A DNA stretch of 64,000 nucleotides from Candidatus Zambryskiibacteriota bacterium (lineage in GTDB: Bacteria; Patescibacteriota; Minisyncoccia; Phycocordibacterales; DATDWN01), in assembly GCA_003173855.1 (NCBI GenBank), contig PPGI01000010.1:62304-126303 (forward strand), in the 5' to 3' direction. A model generated the notes under the pieces. It was not told the DNA's origin and searched no databases. It saw nothing but the letters and a program-made list of their open reading frames with translations. Below are positions 1-8,837 of this stretch, piece by piece. Position numbers and translations under genes: made by a program. How positions within the stretch are numbered: the first letter of the stretch is position 1; each line of letters starts with the position of its first letter.

Positions 1-30
1 ACGATTAGAAATAACGGATAGACAAATACT

Positions 31-345
31 ATGGAAAACGATGTAAAATTTCTGGATTTTATTGTGAAATCTCTTGTAGAAAAACCAGAAGAAGTAAAAA
101 TCACACGAACAGTTGATGAAATGGGAGTGCTTATGACTTTGGATGTTTCCCCATCAGATATGGGGAAAATTATTGGACGTGAAGGAAATACTGCAAAAGC
201 AATCCGTACACTTCTTCGTGTCGTTGGTATGAAAAATAATGCTCGCGTTAATTTGAAAATTAATGAACCAGTGGGCGGAATGAAGGAGACAAAGGGATCG
301 TCAAGTAAATCTCTAGATGAAGCAATGAATGACCTGAAGCTTTAG
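31..345 (+). CDS. KH-domain RNA-binding protein (YlqC/UPF0109-like)
   Basis: 104-aa ORF with the KH-like GKIIGREGNTAKAIR motif. Sits at the position of the KH gene in the conserved rpsP-KH-rimM-trmD cluster. Confidence 0.65.
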   Translation: MENDVKFLDFIVKSLVEKPEEVKITRTVDEMGVLMTLDVSPSDMGKIIGREGNTAKAIRTLLRVVGMKNNARVNLKINEPVGGMKETKGSSSKSLDEAMNDLKL

Positions 346-434
346 TTTGACGAGGTGCATAACTTGATTGTTTTATATTTTTATAGTGCTAAAGTAAGGA
401 TTAGATTGTAGATCCATTTGAATTGAGGTGGGTA

Positions 435-587
435 ATGAGCGAGACATGTCCTGTCTGTCACGCTGGTCCGTGCTTGTGCTGGGTATTGGAGAGAAGACCT
501 GATGCTACCAGCTCTTGGAGTATGGCAACTAACACCTCCAAGAAAGATCGCGAAGTTTCTTCGCCAAACCCCACTCCTAAGAAATGA
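435..587 (+). CDS. Small Cys-rich ORF (50 aa, MSETCPVCHAGPCLCW...) inside a GC-rich patch. Protein-coding versus structured RNA is unresolved.
   Basis: Strong SD GAGGTGGG 4 nt before ATG 435. Stop TGA 585-587, then a terminator hairpin. Missing from the ORF track because of size. Local GC is far above the flanks. Confidence 0.3.
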   Translation: MSETCPVCHAGPCLCWVLERRPDATSSWSMATNTSKKDREVSSPNPTPKK

Positions 588-597
588 ACCAAAAGGA

Positions 598-624
598 AAG
601 GGCGCAATGTGCGCCCTTTGTCGT
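598..624. terminator. Rho-independent terminator hairpin (AAAGGGCGCA/TGCGCCCTTT)
   Basis: Perfect 10-bp GC-rich stem with a 3-nt loop and a T-rich tail. Lies between the small ORF and the trmD start. Confidence 0.5.
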
Positions 625-658
625 ATACAAAACTCTACTTTTGTGTTATAAATTCGAA

Positions 659-1315
659 GTGAATTATCACGTAATAACATTGTTTCCAAAAGCCTTCGAC
701 TCATATTTAAATGAGTCTATTATTTCGCGGGCAATTGAGGATAAGAAAATTAAAGTCAATTTTTATAATCCACGAGATTATTCAGATGATAAATGGAAGA
801 GAGTCGACCAGAAACCATACAGCGGCGGCCCAGGCATGGTCATTCAGGCACTTCCTGTCATCAAGGCAATTGAAAAAGCAGTCCAAAAAATCAAAAAAAA
901 TAAAAAAACAAAAATAAAAATTGTTTTCCTTTCACCTGGTGGAAAACAGTTTCAAACTCAAGTTGCAAAAAAATTTTCCAAATTTACTGACATCGTTATA
1001 GTTTCTGGAAGATATGAAGGTATTGATGCCCGTGTTAAAAAAATTTTTAAGATGGAAGAAGTTTCTGTCGGTCCATATGTTTTAACTGGGGGAGAGTTAC
1101 CTGCGATGATTTTAATTGATTCAATTTCGCGTCAAATTCCCGGAGTTTTGGGAAATTTCGGATCACTTGAAGAGACTAGAATTTCAGCTCATGATGTCTA
1201 TACACGTCCAGAAGTATTCGAATATAAAGGAAAGAAATATCGAGTTCCAAAGGTACTATTAAGTGGTCATCACAAAAAAATCGATGCATGGAAACTTGGT
1301 AGAAAACTATTTTAA
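659..1315 (+). CDS. trmD: tRNA (guanine37-N1)-methyltransferase TrmD
   Basis: HVITLFP, LSPGG and SGRYEGID motifs typical of TrmD. GTG 659 is in frame. The upstream ATG 584 would read through the terminator hairpin, so 659 is preferred. Confidence 0.8.
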   Translation: MNYHVITLFPKAFDSYLNESIISRAIEDKKIKVNFYNPRDYSDDKWKRVDQKPYSGGPGMVIQALPVIKAIEKAVQKIKKNKKTKIKIVFLSPGGKQFQTQVAKKFSKFTDIVIVSGRYEGIDARVKKIFKMEEVSVGPYVLTGGELPAMILIDSISRQIPGVLGNFGSLEETRISAHDVYTRPEVFEYKGKKYRVPKVLLSGHHKKIDAWKLGRKLF

Positions 1316-1363
1316 CTGAACATTCATTGCGTGTTCACAAATCTTCATTTATACTAAATCTCT

Positions 1364-2167
1364 ATGAAAATTATTGACGTTAAAGGAGTCTCCAAAAAAT
1401 TCGGAAATTTCGAGGCGGTTAAAAATATCTCCTTTGCAGTTGAACAGGGTACAATCTTTGCTTTTCTTGGTCCAAATGGTGCCGGCAAAACGACAACTAT
1501 AAAAATGCTAACAACTCTTCTCCATCCAACAGATGGCAGCATTAGTTTAAATGGATTTGACCCAGTTCATCATCCTGAACAAGCTAGGCATTCATTTGGC
1601 ATAGTTTTTCAAGATCCATCTCTAGACACGGAATTAACTGCTTACGAAAATATGGAATTTCACGCAGTTTTGTATGGAGTTAAATCCGATGTTTACAAAC
1701 CACGCATTCAAGAACTAATGGAGCTTGTTGATTTGTGGGACAGAAAAGATTCTTTAGTTAAAGATTTTTCTGGAGGAATGAAACGTCGTCTTGAAATTGC
1801 TCGTGGACTCTTACATCATCCAAAAGTTTTGTTTCTCGACGAGCCAACATTGGGACTTGATCCACAAACACGAAATCATATTTGGGGTTACATTCAAAAT
1901 TTAAATAAAAAAGAGGGTCTGACTGTTTTCTTTACAACCCACTACATGGATGAGGCGGATCGTGTTGCAAATACTGTTTCGATTATTGATCATGGGAAAA
2001 TTATTTCGAGCGGAAGCCCAGAGGAATTGAAACAAAAAACGAACACTAAATCTTTGGAGGAAGCCTTTCTTGCATTGACTGGAAATGAGGTACGACATGA
2101 AGAAGCAAGTTCAAAAGATTCAATGAGGCAAGCCCGAAGAATGTGGCAAGGAGGTAATCGAAGATAA
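1364..2167 (+). CDS. ABC transporter ATP-binding protein (ABC-2 / DrrA-like exporter)
   Basis: Walker A GPNGAGKTT, ABC signature FSGGMKRRL, Walker B LFLDEPT. Confidence 0.85.
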   Translation: MKIIDVKGVSKKFGNFEAVKNISFAVEQGTIFAFLGPNGAGKTTTIKMLTTLLHPTDGSISLNGFDPVHHPEQARHSFGIVFQDPSLDTELTAYENMEFHAVLYGVKSDVYKPRIQELMELVDLWDRKDSLVKDFSGGMKRRLEIARGLLHHPKVLFLDEPTLGLDPQTRNHIWGYIQNLNKKEGLTVFFTTHYMDEADRVANTVSIIDHGKIISSGSPEELKQKTNTKSLEEAFLALTGNEVRHEEASSKDSMRQARRMWQGGNRR

Positions 2168-2172
2168 AAAAT

Positions 2173-2916
2173 ATGAACACAATATATATACTTTGGTTAA
2201 GACAACTTAAAAGATATTTTAGATCAAAATCTAGAATTTTTGCCTCACTTGCTCAACCATTACTTTTTTTATTTGCTTTTGGTTATGGTTTTAGTTCAAT
2301 TTTCGCACGTGCTGGTGGGGGAAATTATATTAATTTTCTTGCTCCTGGAATTATTTCTATGTCGGTTATGTTTACTGCAGTTTTTTCTGGTATCGAAATA
2401 ATTTGGGACAAGCAATTCGGATTTCTAAAAGAAACGCTTGTGGCACCAGTTTCTCGATTTAACATTATGTTAGGGAGAACCATTGGAGGTTCAACCGTTG
2501 CTTTTATTCAAGGTCTAATTGTCCTTCTAATCACACTTCTTGTTGGATTCAGGCCATCATTATCGCTTTTATTTTTTGCACTAGTATTTATGTTTTTATT
2601 GGCATTATTTTTTACTGCACTTGGTACTGCTATTGCCTCAAAACTAGATGATATGCAGGGATTTCCACTCATCATGAATTTTCTTGTTATGCCACTTTTT
2701 TTTCTTTCGGGAGCTCTTTTTCCAGTTGCAGGTTTGCCAAAAATTTTCAGTTACATTGTTAAATTAAATCCTTTAACTTATGCAGTTGATGGAATTCGTG
2801 GAACTATGAATGGCATGCATGCATTTTCACTAACATTAGATTTTTTTGTTGTAGTAATTGTCGCAGTTGTTTGTATTTGGATTGGTTCATTACTATTCCG
2901 CAGCATCGAAGCCTAG
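2173..2916 (+). CDS. ABC-2 family transporter permease
   Basis: About six predicted TM helices. Immediately downstream of the ABC ATPase in the same operon. Confidence 0.75.
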   Translation: MNTIYILWLRQLKRYFRSKSRIFASLAQPLLFLFAFGYGFSSIFARAGGGNYINFLAPGIISMSVMFTAVFSGIEIIWDKQFGFLKETLVAPVSRFNIMLGRTIGGSTVAFIQGLIVLLITLLVGFRPSLSLLFFALVFMFLLALFFTALGTAIASKLDDMQGFPLIMNFLVMPLFFLSGALFPVAGLPKIFSYIVKLNPLTYAVDGIRGTMNGMHAFSLTLDFFVVVIVAVVCIWIGSLLFRSIEA

Positions 2917-2924
2917 TAAGAAAC

Positions 2925-2952
2925 CGCCAAAGGACGGGCGGTTCCTTGGCGG
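2925..2952. terminator. Bidirectional terminator hairpin between convergent genes
   Basis: CCGCC-A-AAGGA / TCCTT-GGCGG stem. Abuts the stop codons of the + permease and the - lipoprotein gene. Confidence 0.45.
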
Positions 2953-3399
2953 CTATTTAAGCAAGATAAGTCTCAGATACTCGGCTTCTACCTCGCTTGC
3001 TGTCATGATGACAAAATCTTCTGTTTTGTAGACTTTGCCACTCTCAAGAAAACAGTTTGCCAGCTTCACCTTGAGTGCAGAATTTCCTCGAATCTTTTGA
3101 AGGATTTTTGGTAAATCCTCACGCAAGAGAACATACGGTTCTCCGTGGAAACTGACTTCCCAAACATCACCAGCTTCTTTCTTCTCTTCCACGATTGGAA
3201 GAAAGTTTATTGAGCCAGTTGTCAGCTTGAAAAAATTCTTTGCAACTTCTTTGCACATTTTAGATATTTCGAATGAAGTGATAACCACTCGATCCTTGAA
3301 ATGTCCGTCGATCCTTACCTCAAGGAACTCTTCGGAGCAGGCTGTCATTGGGCAGAAAATTATTACTAGGAAAACAAGCGATCTTAAGAGCTTTTTCAT
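2953..3399 (-). CDS. Hypothetical lipoprotein
   Basis: MKKLLRSLVFLVIIFCPMTAC signal with a lipobox-like Cys. The ORF-track start at 3462 is probably an upstream extension. Confidence 0.45.
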   Translation of the reverse strand: MKKLLRSLVFLVIIFCPMTACSEEFLEVRIDGHFKDRVVITSFEISKMCKEVAKNFFKLTTGSINFLPIVEEKKEAGDVWEVSFHGEPYVLLREDLPKILQKIRGNSALKVKLANCFLESGKVYKTEDFVIMTASEVEAEYLRLILLK

Positions 3400-3484
3400 C
3401 GGTACACCTCTGAATCGAATGTTTCCACAAAATTCAATATCTGTAAACAGAAAACCCACCATCGAGATGGGTTCTCTGGTGGGT

Positions 3485-4606
3485 CTAGTAGTTCGTCTGG
3501 CACATCTTCTCCAGACGTTCGACGCGTTTGTTGTCTATCTCCATTCCAGCGATATCCAATTGCCGTTTTTCGTGCGGCACAAAATCTTTTTTCAAGATTT
3601 TTGCCCAATGACATTCTCCTTTGTAAATCGGGAGTATGGCCACGATATCTGCTTCCCACTGGCTTCTAAAAATATACTCTAAGTAATTCTGGCTAAGACC
3701 GGTCACAGCGTAATCTTTCTTGTAATCACGCCTAAAGATGGTATGACCAAACTCGTGACCCAAAAGAACGGCTAAATCCTCAGGGTCTTCCAGAATTTCG
3801 CGCAGGATTTGGATGCTGAGTCTGATTTCGAATCCGTTCTTACGCGAAATATTTTCAGCTACACCCACTTCTTTTATCACCTTGATTCTAACTCTACGGA
3901 GCTGGGGTTCCTGCCCTGGAAAAATACAGTACAAAACTTTGTATGCGAATTTCCTCCAAGTTCTTATGTTGGACTCTTTTTTTGGAAGAGCTTTGGGTAA
4001 TGGACAGGAATTGAGAAGTCTTTTTGGAGAAGTTGAATCAAAGATGTTATCAATATTGTTCAACCGAAGAAAGAGAGAAGAAGTAACTTGATCTGCTTCT
4101 TCTTTGGGAAGATTCTTCATTTCTTCGACCCATTCAGGAATCATCCTGTCTAGAAGACTAGAAACTGCATAAGCTCTTGGAGAAACAAGAAGGCTAAAAA
4201 TATCTGCCTCAAGTTCCTCCTTCCTTTTCTCTGTCCAATCAACAGCTTGATTTCCGTTCTGCTGAGAACTTTTGTGATCAAGCAGCCTATGGGCCATTTT
4301 GTGAGCCAGTAATGCTGCATACTCATACTGATCGTTTACGCACCGAATCAGCCGAGTCGTGATGGTTATTTTTGAATCACCAACATCATTTTCAGCAATG
4401 CTGTCACTCTCCAAGATTTGAATCTGAATTTTGCGTACGAATTCGAGCCGATTTGGGAAAAGGATTTCAAGTACATTACGGGAGTAATTTTCCCAAGTTT
4501 CTTTCGAAATTACTACTCGTGTGGGTAGTGGTGGAAGAGTCTCGGCCTCCAATTGAATATTGAAAAGAAAAATCAGTGTTAAAAACGCGAGTGCTTTATT
4601 TCTCAT
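3485..4606 (-). CDS. Secreted zinc metallopeptidase-like protein (HExxH)
   Basis: N-terminal signal peptide. HEFGH zinc-binding motif plus a degenerate second HKMAH. Two similar halves suggest an internal duplication. Confidence 0.5.
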   Translation of the reverse strand: MRNKALAFLTLIFLFNIQLEAETLPPLPTRVVISKETWENYSRNVLEILFPNRLEFVRKIQIQILESDSIAENDVGDSKITITTRLIRCVNDQYEYAALLAHKMAHRLLDHKSSQQNGNQAVDWTEKRKEELEADIFSLLVSPRAYAVSSLLDRMIPEWVEEMKNLPKEEADQVTSSLFLRLNNIDNIFDSTSPKRLLNSCPLPKALPKKESNIRTWRKFAYKVLYCIFPGQEPQLRRVRIKVIKEVGVAENISRKNGFEIRLSIQILREILEDPEDLAVLLGHEFGHTIFRRDYKKDYAVTGLSQNYLEYIFRSQWEADIVAILPIYKGECHWAKILKKDFVPHEKRQLDIAGMEIDNKRVERLEKMCQTNY

Positions 4607-4692
4607 TTATCACCTCAATTCAAAGAGCGTTTGTTAAACATTAGAACTTAAAAAAATAATGTCAATTTTAAATTTTCGATAGTATTGATACA

Positions 4693-6069
4693 ATGATTTT
4701 TATGTTGCAATCGGAAGCTCTAGAAATTTTAAAGATGGGAAAGAATGTATATCTTACAGGCGCTGCAGGAAGTGGCAAAACTTATGTACTAAATTCCTAT
4801 ATTAAATATTTAAAAACTCACGGCGTTGATGTTGCTGTTACTGCTTCGACGGGAATTGCTGCCACACATTTAGGCGGTACAACAATCCACTCATGGTCAG
4901 GTCTAGGAGTGCGCTCGCAATTAACTGACTACGATATTGATGAATTGATGCAGCGTCATTATTTATATAAAAGATTTGAAAAAACAAAAGTTTTAATTAT
5001 TGATGAGATTTCAATGCTCCACCATTTTCGTTTCGATATGATCGAGTGGATTTCGCGCCAAATGAAAAGATCCGAGCTACCTTTTGGGGGAATGCAAATT
5101 ATTGTTTGTGGAGATTTTTTCCAACTTCCTCCTGTAACAAAAAACGATATAGACCAAACTTTTTTTGCTTACAAATCGCACAGTTGGAAGGATTGCAAAT
5201 TTACAGTTTGTTATTTATCTGAACAGCATCGGCAGAAAGATCGAACATATTTAAATATCTTAAACGAAATTCGATCCAACAGAGTTTCAAATCAAACGAT
5301 AAAACTTCTAAATTCACGACTGAACAAAGATCCTGAAACTTTAGGTGAAGCTACTCGTTTATACACTCACAATATTGATGTTGACGTAGTAAATAATAAA
5401 TATCTTAGCTTGATTGATGCCGAACCGAAAAAATTTGAGATGTTAAAAAAAGGTTCGCGATTGCTTGCTGAAACACTGGCTAAAACTTGTCTTTCACCAG
5501 AAACTTTAGTGCTTAAAGTTGGTGCCAGAGTAATGTTTACTAAAAATCAGCCTGAAGGCGGTTATGTAAATGGAACTTTGGGTGTTGTCGTCGAATTCAA
5601 CTCGTTTAATGAGCCGGTTGTAAGAACTCAGTCTGGAATGGAATTTAACGTTCGGCCAGAATCTTGGAAAATTGAAGAAGAGAGCAAAGTTAAAGCAGAA
5701 ATAATTCAGCTCCCGCTTCGTTTGGCATGGGCAATTACAGTACACAAAAGCCAGGGAATGTCGCTCGATGCGATGGAAGTAGATCTTTCGAAATCATTTG
5801 TATCAGGCATGGGTTATGTTGCACTTTCACGCGTTCGAACACTTTCAGGAATGAAACTACTTGGGTTGAATGACAAAGCTCTTCAAATCGACCCAGATAT
5901 TATTGTGATGGACAAAAAATTCCAATCTGAATCAATTGCTGCTCAAGAGAAACTAAAATCTATATCTAAATCTGAAATTAAAGCAGTTCAAGAGGAATTT
6001 TTGAAAAAAGTTGAGCCGATTGAAAAGACAAAAATCAAGAAAAAGAAAAAATATTCACACATATATTAA
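4693..6069 (+). CDS. PIF1/RecD-like 5'-3' DNA helicase
   Basis: Walker A GAAGSGKT, Walker B LIIDEISM, and a C-terminal AAA_30/UvrD_C-like region (TVHKSQGMSLD). Confidence 0.8.
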   Translation: MIFMLQSEALEILKMGKNVYLTGAAGSGKTYVLNSYIKYLKTHGVDVAVTASTGIAATHLGGTTIHSWSGLGVRSQLTDYDIDELMQRHYLYKRFEKTKVLIIDEISMLHHFRFDMIEWISRQMKRSELPFGGMQIIVCGDFFQLPPVTKNDIDQTFFAYKSHSWKDCKFTVCYLSEQHRQKDRTYLNILNEIRSNRVSNQTIKLLNSRLNKDPETLGEATRLYTHNIDVDVVNNKYLSLIDAEPKKFEMLKKGSRLLAETLAKTCLSPETLVLKVGARVMFTKNQPEGGYVNGTLGVVVEFNSFNEPVVRTQSGMEFNVRPESWKIEEESKVKAEIIQLPLRLAWAITVHKSQGMSLDAMEVDLSKSFVSGMGYVALSRVRTLSGMKLLGLNDKALQIDPDIIVMDKKFQSESIAAQEKLKSISKSEIKAVQEEFLKKVEPIEKTKIKKKKKYSHIY

Positions 6070-6086
6070 TTTGTTATAATTTTATT

Positions 6087-7373
6087 ATGAAATTGAAGAA
6101 AGATTGGCTTTTGGTTATTTCTGTCTCAACCCTTTTAATTATTTCTGGTATTTATTTGCATTTTCATGCGCCAAATATAAATCCAAAATATCAAACTGCT
6201 GCAGAACGTGATAAATATGTCAGATTTGATATGGAAGTTTATGATGAAATTGCTAAAGTATATTGGCAAAAATCTAAAGACTCTGATTTAGCAAATCTTT
6301 TCATGCTCTCAGTAAATAAAGCTGCAAATACAAATTTAAGTCTCTCCACTTCGACTAGAGCTGGAACTGCAGAATTGCTTTCAAAAATATTTTCCGAAGC
6401 AACTTCAACAGAGTCAAAAAAGCAACTAGCCATAAACACAGTAATTATCGCACTTTACAATATTGTTCCAGTCGGGCGTGACCAACTACTCTCGCAGAAA
6501 CAAGAAACAGAGCTTCGCCAAAACGTTTCGAATATTAATCCAAGTAAAGATCTCTATGGTGATCTTGGTTTGGCAAAGGGTGCTGATATTAATGAAGTGG
6601 ACCAAGCATATAAGCAAAAAACGAGTGAATTAAAAAATGCAACAACATCTGAGGCTAAAGCTGAACTCGAGAAAGTGAAATATTCTCATTCGGTTCTAGC
6701 TGATCGAGATTCAAAATCCTTTTATGACGAAGCAAAGATTGAACCTACTCTTGGCAAAAAAATAATTGGCAGCACACTTTATTTAGATTTAAGTAAAATT
6801 TCCCCAACAACTTTAATTGAACTTGCTCGTGCAGTGGACAATGCCTCGACAACCAAGGGACTTAATTCTTTGATTTTGGATCTTCGTGGAAATATCGGCG
6901 GATCGTTAGATTTCCTGCCTAACTTTTTTGGACTTTTTGTTGGAAAAGATCAGTACGCTTTTGATTTTTACCAACAAGGGAATTATATTCCAGAACGAAC
7001 TGTTCAGTCAAAATTTCCTGAACTTGATCGATTTAAAGAAATTGTTATTTTGACTGACAATATGACCCAATCAACAGCTGAGTTGACTACAGCAACATTC
7101 AAAAAATTTCACATGGCAACAATTGTTGGTCAAACCACTCGAGGATGGGGAACAATTGAAAATACTTATCCAATAAATACTGAAATTGATCCAACGGAAA
7201 AATATTCACTACTTTTGGTAAATAGTATTACTCTTCGCGAAGATAATCAGCCTATTGAAGGACGCGGAGTAGATCCTGATGTAAATATTAGAAATCCAAA
7301 TTGGAAAAATGAACTTTCTAAGTTTATTAAGTCTCAAAGTTTAATTGAGGCAGTTAAGAGTCAATTTAAATAG
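6087..7373 (+). CDS. Membrane-anchored S41-family peptidase with an N-terminal J-like domain lacking HPD
   Basis: ILDLRGNIGGSLD and TDNMTQSTAE...FKKF (Ser/Lys dyad region) typical of tail-specific proteases. N-terminal TM helix. DLYGDLGL...AYKQK...VLADRDSKSFYDE resembles a J domain without an HPD loop. Confidence 0.55.
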   Translation: MKLKKDWLLVISVSTLLIISGIYLHFHAPNINPKYQTAAERDKYVRFDMEVYDEIAKVYWQKSKDSDLANLFMLSVNKAANTNLSLSTSTRAGTAELLSKIFSEATSTESKKQLAINTVIIALYNIVPVGRDQLLSQKQETELRQNVSNINPSKDLYGDLGLAKGADINEVDQAYKQKTSELKNATTSEAKAELEKVKYSHSVLADRDSKSFYDEAKIEPTLGKKIIGSTLYLDLSKISPTTLIELARAVDNASTTKGLNSLILDLRGNIGGSLDFLPNFFGLFVGKDQYAFDFYQQGNYIPERTVQSKFPELDRFKEIVILTDNMTQSTAELTTATFKKFHMATIVGQTTRGWGTIENTYPINTEIDPTEKYSLLLVNSITLREDNQPIEGRGVDPDVNIRNPNWKNELSKFIKSQSLIEAVKSQFK

Positions 7374-7382
7374 GCAATTTTT

Positions 7383-7406
7383 AATAGGAAAGAGCCACCT
7401 TGCGAG
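7383..7406. terminator. Bidirectional terminator hairpin (AGAGCCAC ttgcga GTGGCTCT)
   Basis: Perfect 8-bp stem. A T-rich tract follows on the minus strand and the S41 gene lies just upstream on plus. Confidence 0.5.
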
Positions 7407-7450
7407 TGGCTCTTGTGGCGGCGGGATGGTCGTGCGGGGTTCGTGGCAGG

Positions 7451-7636
7451 TTAATGTCGAATGCCGATTTCCGGAGTGAGATTCCTGTGCCTTCGAATCC
7501 TGTTTGGATTTTCAACTGGAGCTTGATTCCAGTTGTGAAAGGCGATTGCGCCTTGAAGTCGGCTCACAGAAGCACGAAATTCGTACCTCTTTCGGCGAAT
7601 TCTCCTACGTCTTTCACGCAGGTGCTCAAATTTCAT
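7451..7636 (-). CDS. Small Arg-rich ORF (60 aa, MKFEHLRERRRRIRRKRYEF...) in a GC-rich 260-bp element. Could instead be an ncRNA.
   Basis: Near-consensus SD AGAGGAGAAATCT before ATG (rc of 7634-7636). Candidate promoter TTGACA-N15-GATAAT upstream on minus. A 3' UTR runs into the 7383-7406 terminator. Codon usage is foreign to the host. Confidence 0.25.
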   Translation of the reverse strand: MKFEHLRERRRRIRRKRYEFRASVSRLQGAIAFHNWNQAPVENPNRIRRHRNLTPEIGIRH

Positions 7637-7728
7637 AGATTTCTCCTCTGGCAATAAATTATCATATTAATTGATTTATGTCAAATATTATTTTTTATTT
7701 TGTTATCCACAGAATTTCACTTGCGGAG

Positions 7729-7744
7729 GTGAACTAGAGTTCAC
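7729..7744. promoter_or_regulatory. LexA (SOS) box, Cheo-type palindrome GTGAAC-TAGA-GTTCAC, directly abutting a TATAAT -10
   Basis: Perfect GAAC-N4-GTTC inverted repeat immediately 5' of TATAAT (7745-7750). It sits upstream of the operon that contains lexA. Confidence 0.6.
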
Positions 7745-7777
7745 TATAATACTTTTATTATAAAACTATGAAAAAAT

Positions 7778-7978
7778 ATGAGCAAATATAATTTAGAAAA
7801 ATCATTGAGAAAAGAGTTAAGCCAATTAAACGATATTATTGATGAAAAAATATTGCGAGGTTATTCGTATGCAAGAGAAGCCAAACGTCACAAATTTATT
7901 CTTTCAAGAATTCAGGAGATTAAAAGAAAATCAAAGTCAGGAACGAATTGGTTATCTCGGACTTTAAGTATTGTTTAA
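7778..7978 (+). CDS. Small hypothetical protein, first gene of the lexA operon
   Basis: 66-aa charged, helical ORF between the LexA box and lexA. Confidence 0.4.
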   Translation: MSKYNLEKSLRKELSQLNDIIDEKILRGYSYAREAKRHKFILSRIQEIKRKSKSGTNWLSRTLSIV

Positions 7979-7990
7979 CTAATTAATATT

Positions 7991-8572
7991 ATGTCAGAAG
8001 AAAATTATTCAAGTTACAAAACTAAAATCCTCACTTTTTATCGTAATAATAGGCGTATGCCTGGTTATAAAGAGATCATGAAACTTGTTGGTTTCAAATC
8101 TAAAAATGCAGTTTATAAACTTATAAATAAATTGGTAAATGATGGTGTTGTTGAAAAGGACTCACTTGGAAGACTGACACCTATGAAAATTTTTGGTGAA
8201 GTTCCGCTTCTCGGAATTGTAGAAGCGGGAATTCCAACGACTACTGAAGAGGACACCTCTGACACCATGAGTATTGATGAGTATATGCTTGGAGATAAAA
8301 AGGGTGCAGTATATTTACTTGAAGTGAAGGGTGACTCAATGATTGATGAAGGAATTCGCGAAGGCGATCTTGTTCTAGCTGAAAGAAATAGCGAGCCAAA
8401 AGATGGCGACATTGTTATCGCAGAAGTAGATGGAGGATGGACAATGAAATATTTCAAGAAAAAAGGAAATAATATTTACCTTAAAGCTGCAAATAAAAAT
8501 TATTCACCAATTTATCCGCAGTACGATCTTCGTGTAGCTGCAATAGTAAAAGGAGTAATACGTAAATACTAA
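7991..8572 (+). CDS. lexA: LexA repressor (S24 peptidase)
   Basis: N-terminal winged HTH. Ala-Gly cleavage region (VEAGIP), Ser (GDSM) and Lys (KYFKK) of the S24 autoprotease. Confidence 0.9.
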   Translation: MSEENYSSYKTKILTFYRNNRRMPGYKEIMKLVGFKSKNAVYKLINKLVNDGVVEKDSLGRLTPMKIFGEVPLLGIVEAGIPTTTEEDTSDTMSIDEYMLGDKKGAVYLLEVKGDSMIDEGIREGDLVLAERNSEPKDGDIVIAEVDGGWTMKYFKKKGNNIYLKAANKNYSPIYPQYDLRVAAIVKGVIRKY

Positions 8573-8573
8573 A

Positions 8574-8819
8574 ATGACATTCATTCATCCTGAAATAAAA
8601 ACTGGAGAAATATTCTTTACGAATGCAACTAGGGATCAATTTAAAAGTATGAAATGGGTTACGAAACGGCTTGGTGCAATTGCATATAATGGAAATGGGG
8701 AAAAATTAAACATTGAAAAATGGTACCCAGTGTTCTTGCTCAAAGAAGAATTGAAATTAAGTAAGATTGATCTGGGTGATGCAAGAAAGCAATTTAGGGA
8801 AATTGTCGAATCATCATGA
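8574..8819 (+). CDS. Hypothetical protein (81 aa) in the SOS operon
   Basis: Starts 2 nt after the lexA stop. No recognisable motif. Confidence 0.45.
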   Translation: MTFIHPEIKTGEIFFTNATRDQFKSMKWVTKRLGAIAYNGNGEKLNIEKWYPVFLLKEELKLSKIDLGDARKQFREIVESS

Positions 8820-8837
8820 GGTAGTTATAATAGCTCG

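Noticed and set aside
360-620. Tested the GC-rich patches (360-620, 7400-7650, 26900-27250) as tmRNA, RNase P RNA, SRP RNA or 6S RNA
   Set aside because: I could not find the conserved blocks: GGAAAGUCCGGGC and ACAGAAUCCGGCUUA for RNase P, the GGAA/AGCAG domain IV for SRP, or the tRNA-like GGUUCGAUUCC...CCA end plus an ANDENYALAA-type tag for tmRNA. A covariance-model scan would be decisive.
381-704. 107-aa minus-strand ORF overlapping the GC-rich patch and the trmD start
   Set aside because: No SD. It runs antisense through a terminator hairpin and into trmD. A GC-rich region naturally yields long spurious ORFs.
711-917. 68-aa + ORF inside trmD in another frame
   Set aside because: Lys-rich translation of an A-rich stretch fully nested in trmD.
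3227-4091. Plus-strand ORFs (3227-3682, 3809-4000, 3813-4091) antisense to the lipoprotein and metalloprotease genes
   Set aside because: No SD, and they overlap stronger minus-strand genes.
7400-7657. 85-aa plus-strand ORF across the GC-rich cassette
   Set aside because: It starts inside the terminator hairpin and has no promoter. The minus-strand reading has far better expression signals. It may still be only an ncRNA.
8113-8457. 114-aa minus ORF antisense to lexA
   Set aside because: Ser/Pro-rich antisense translation. lexA is unambiguous.
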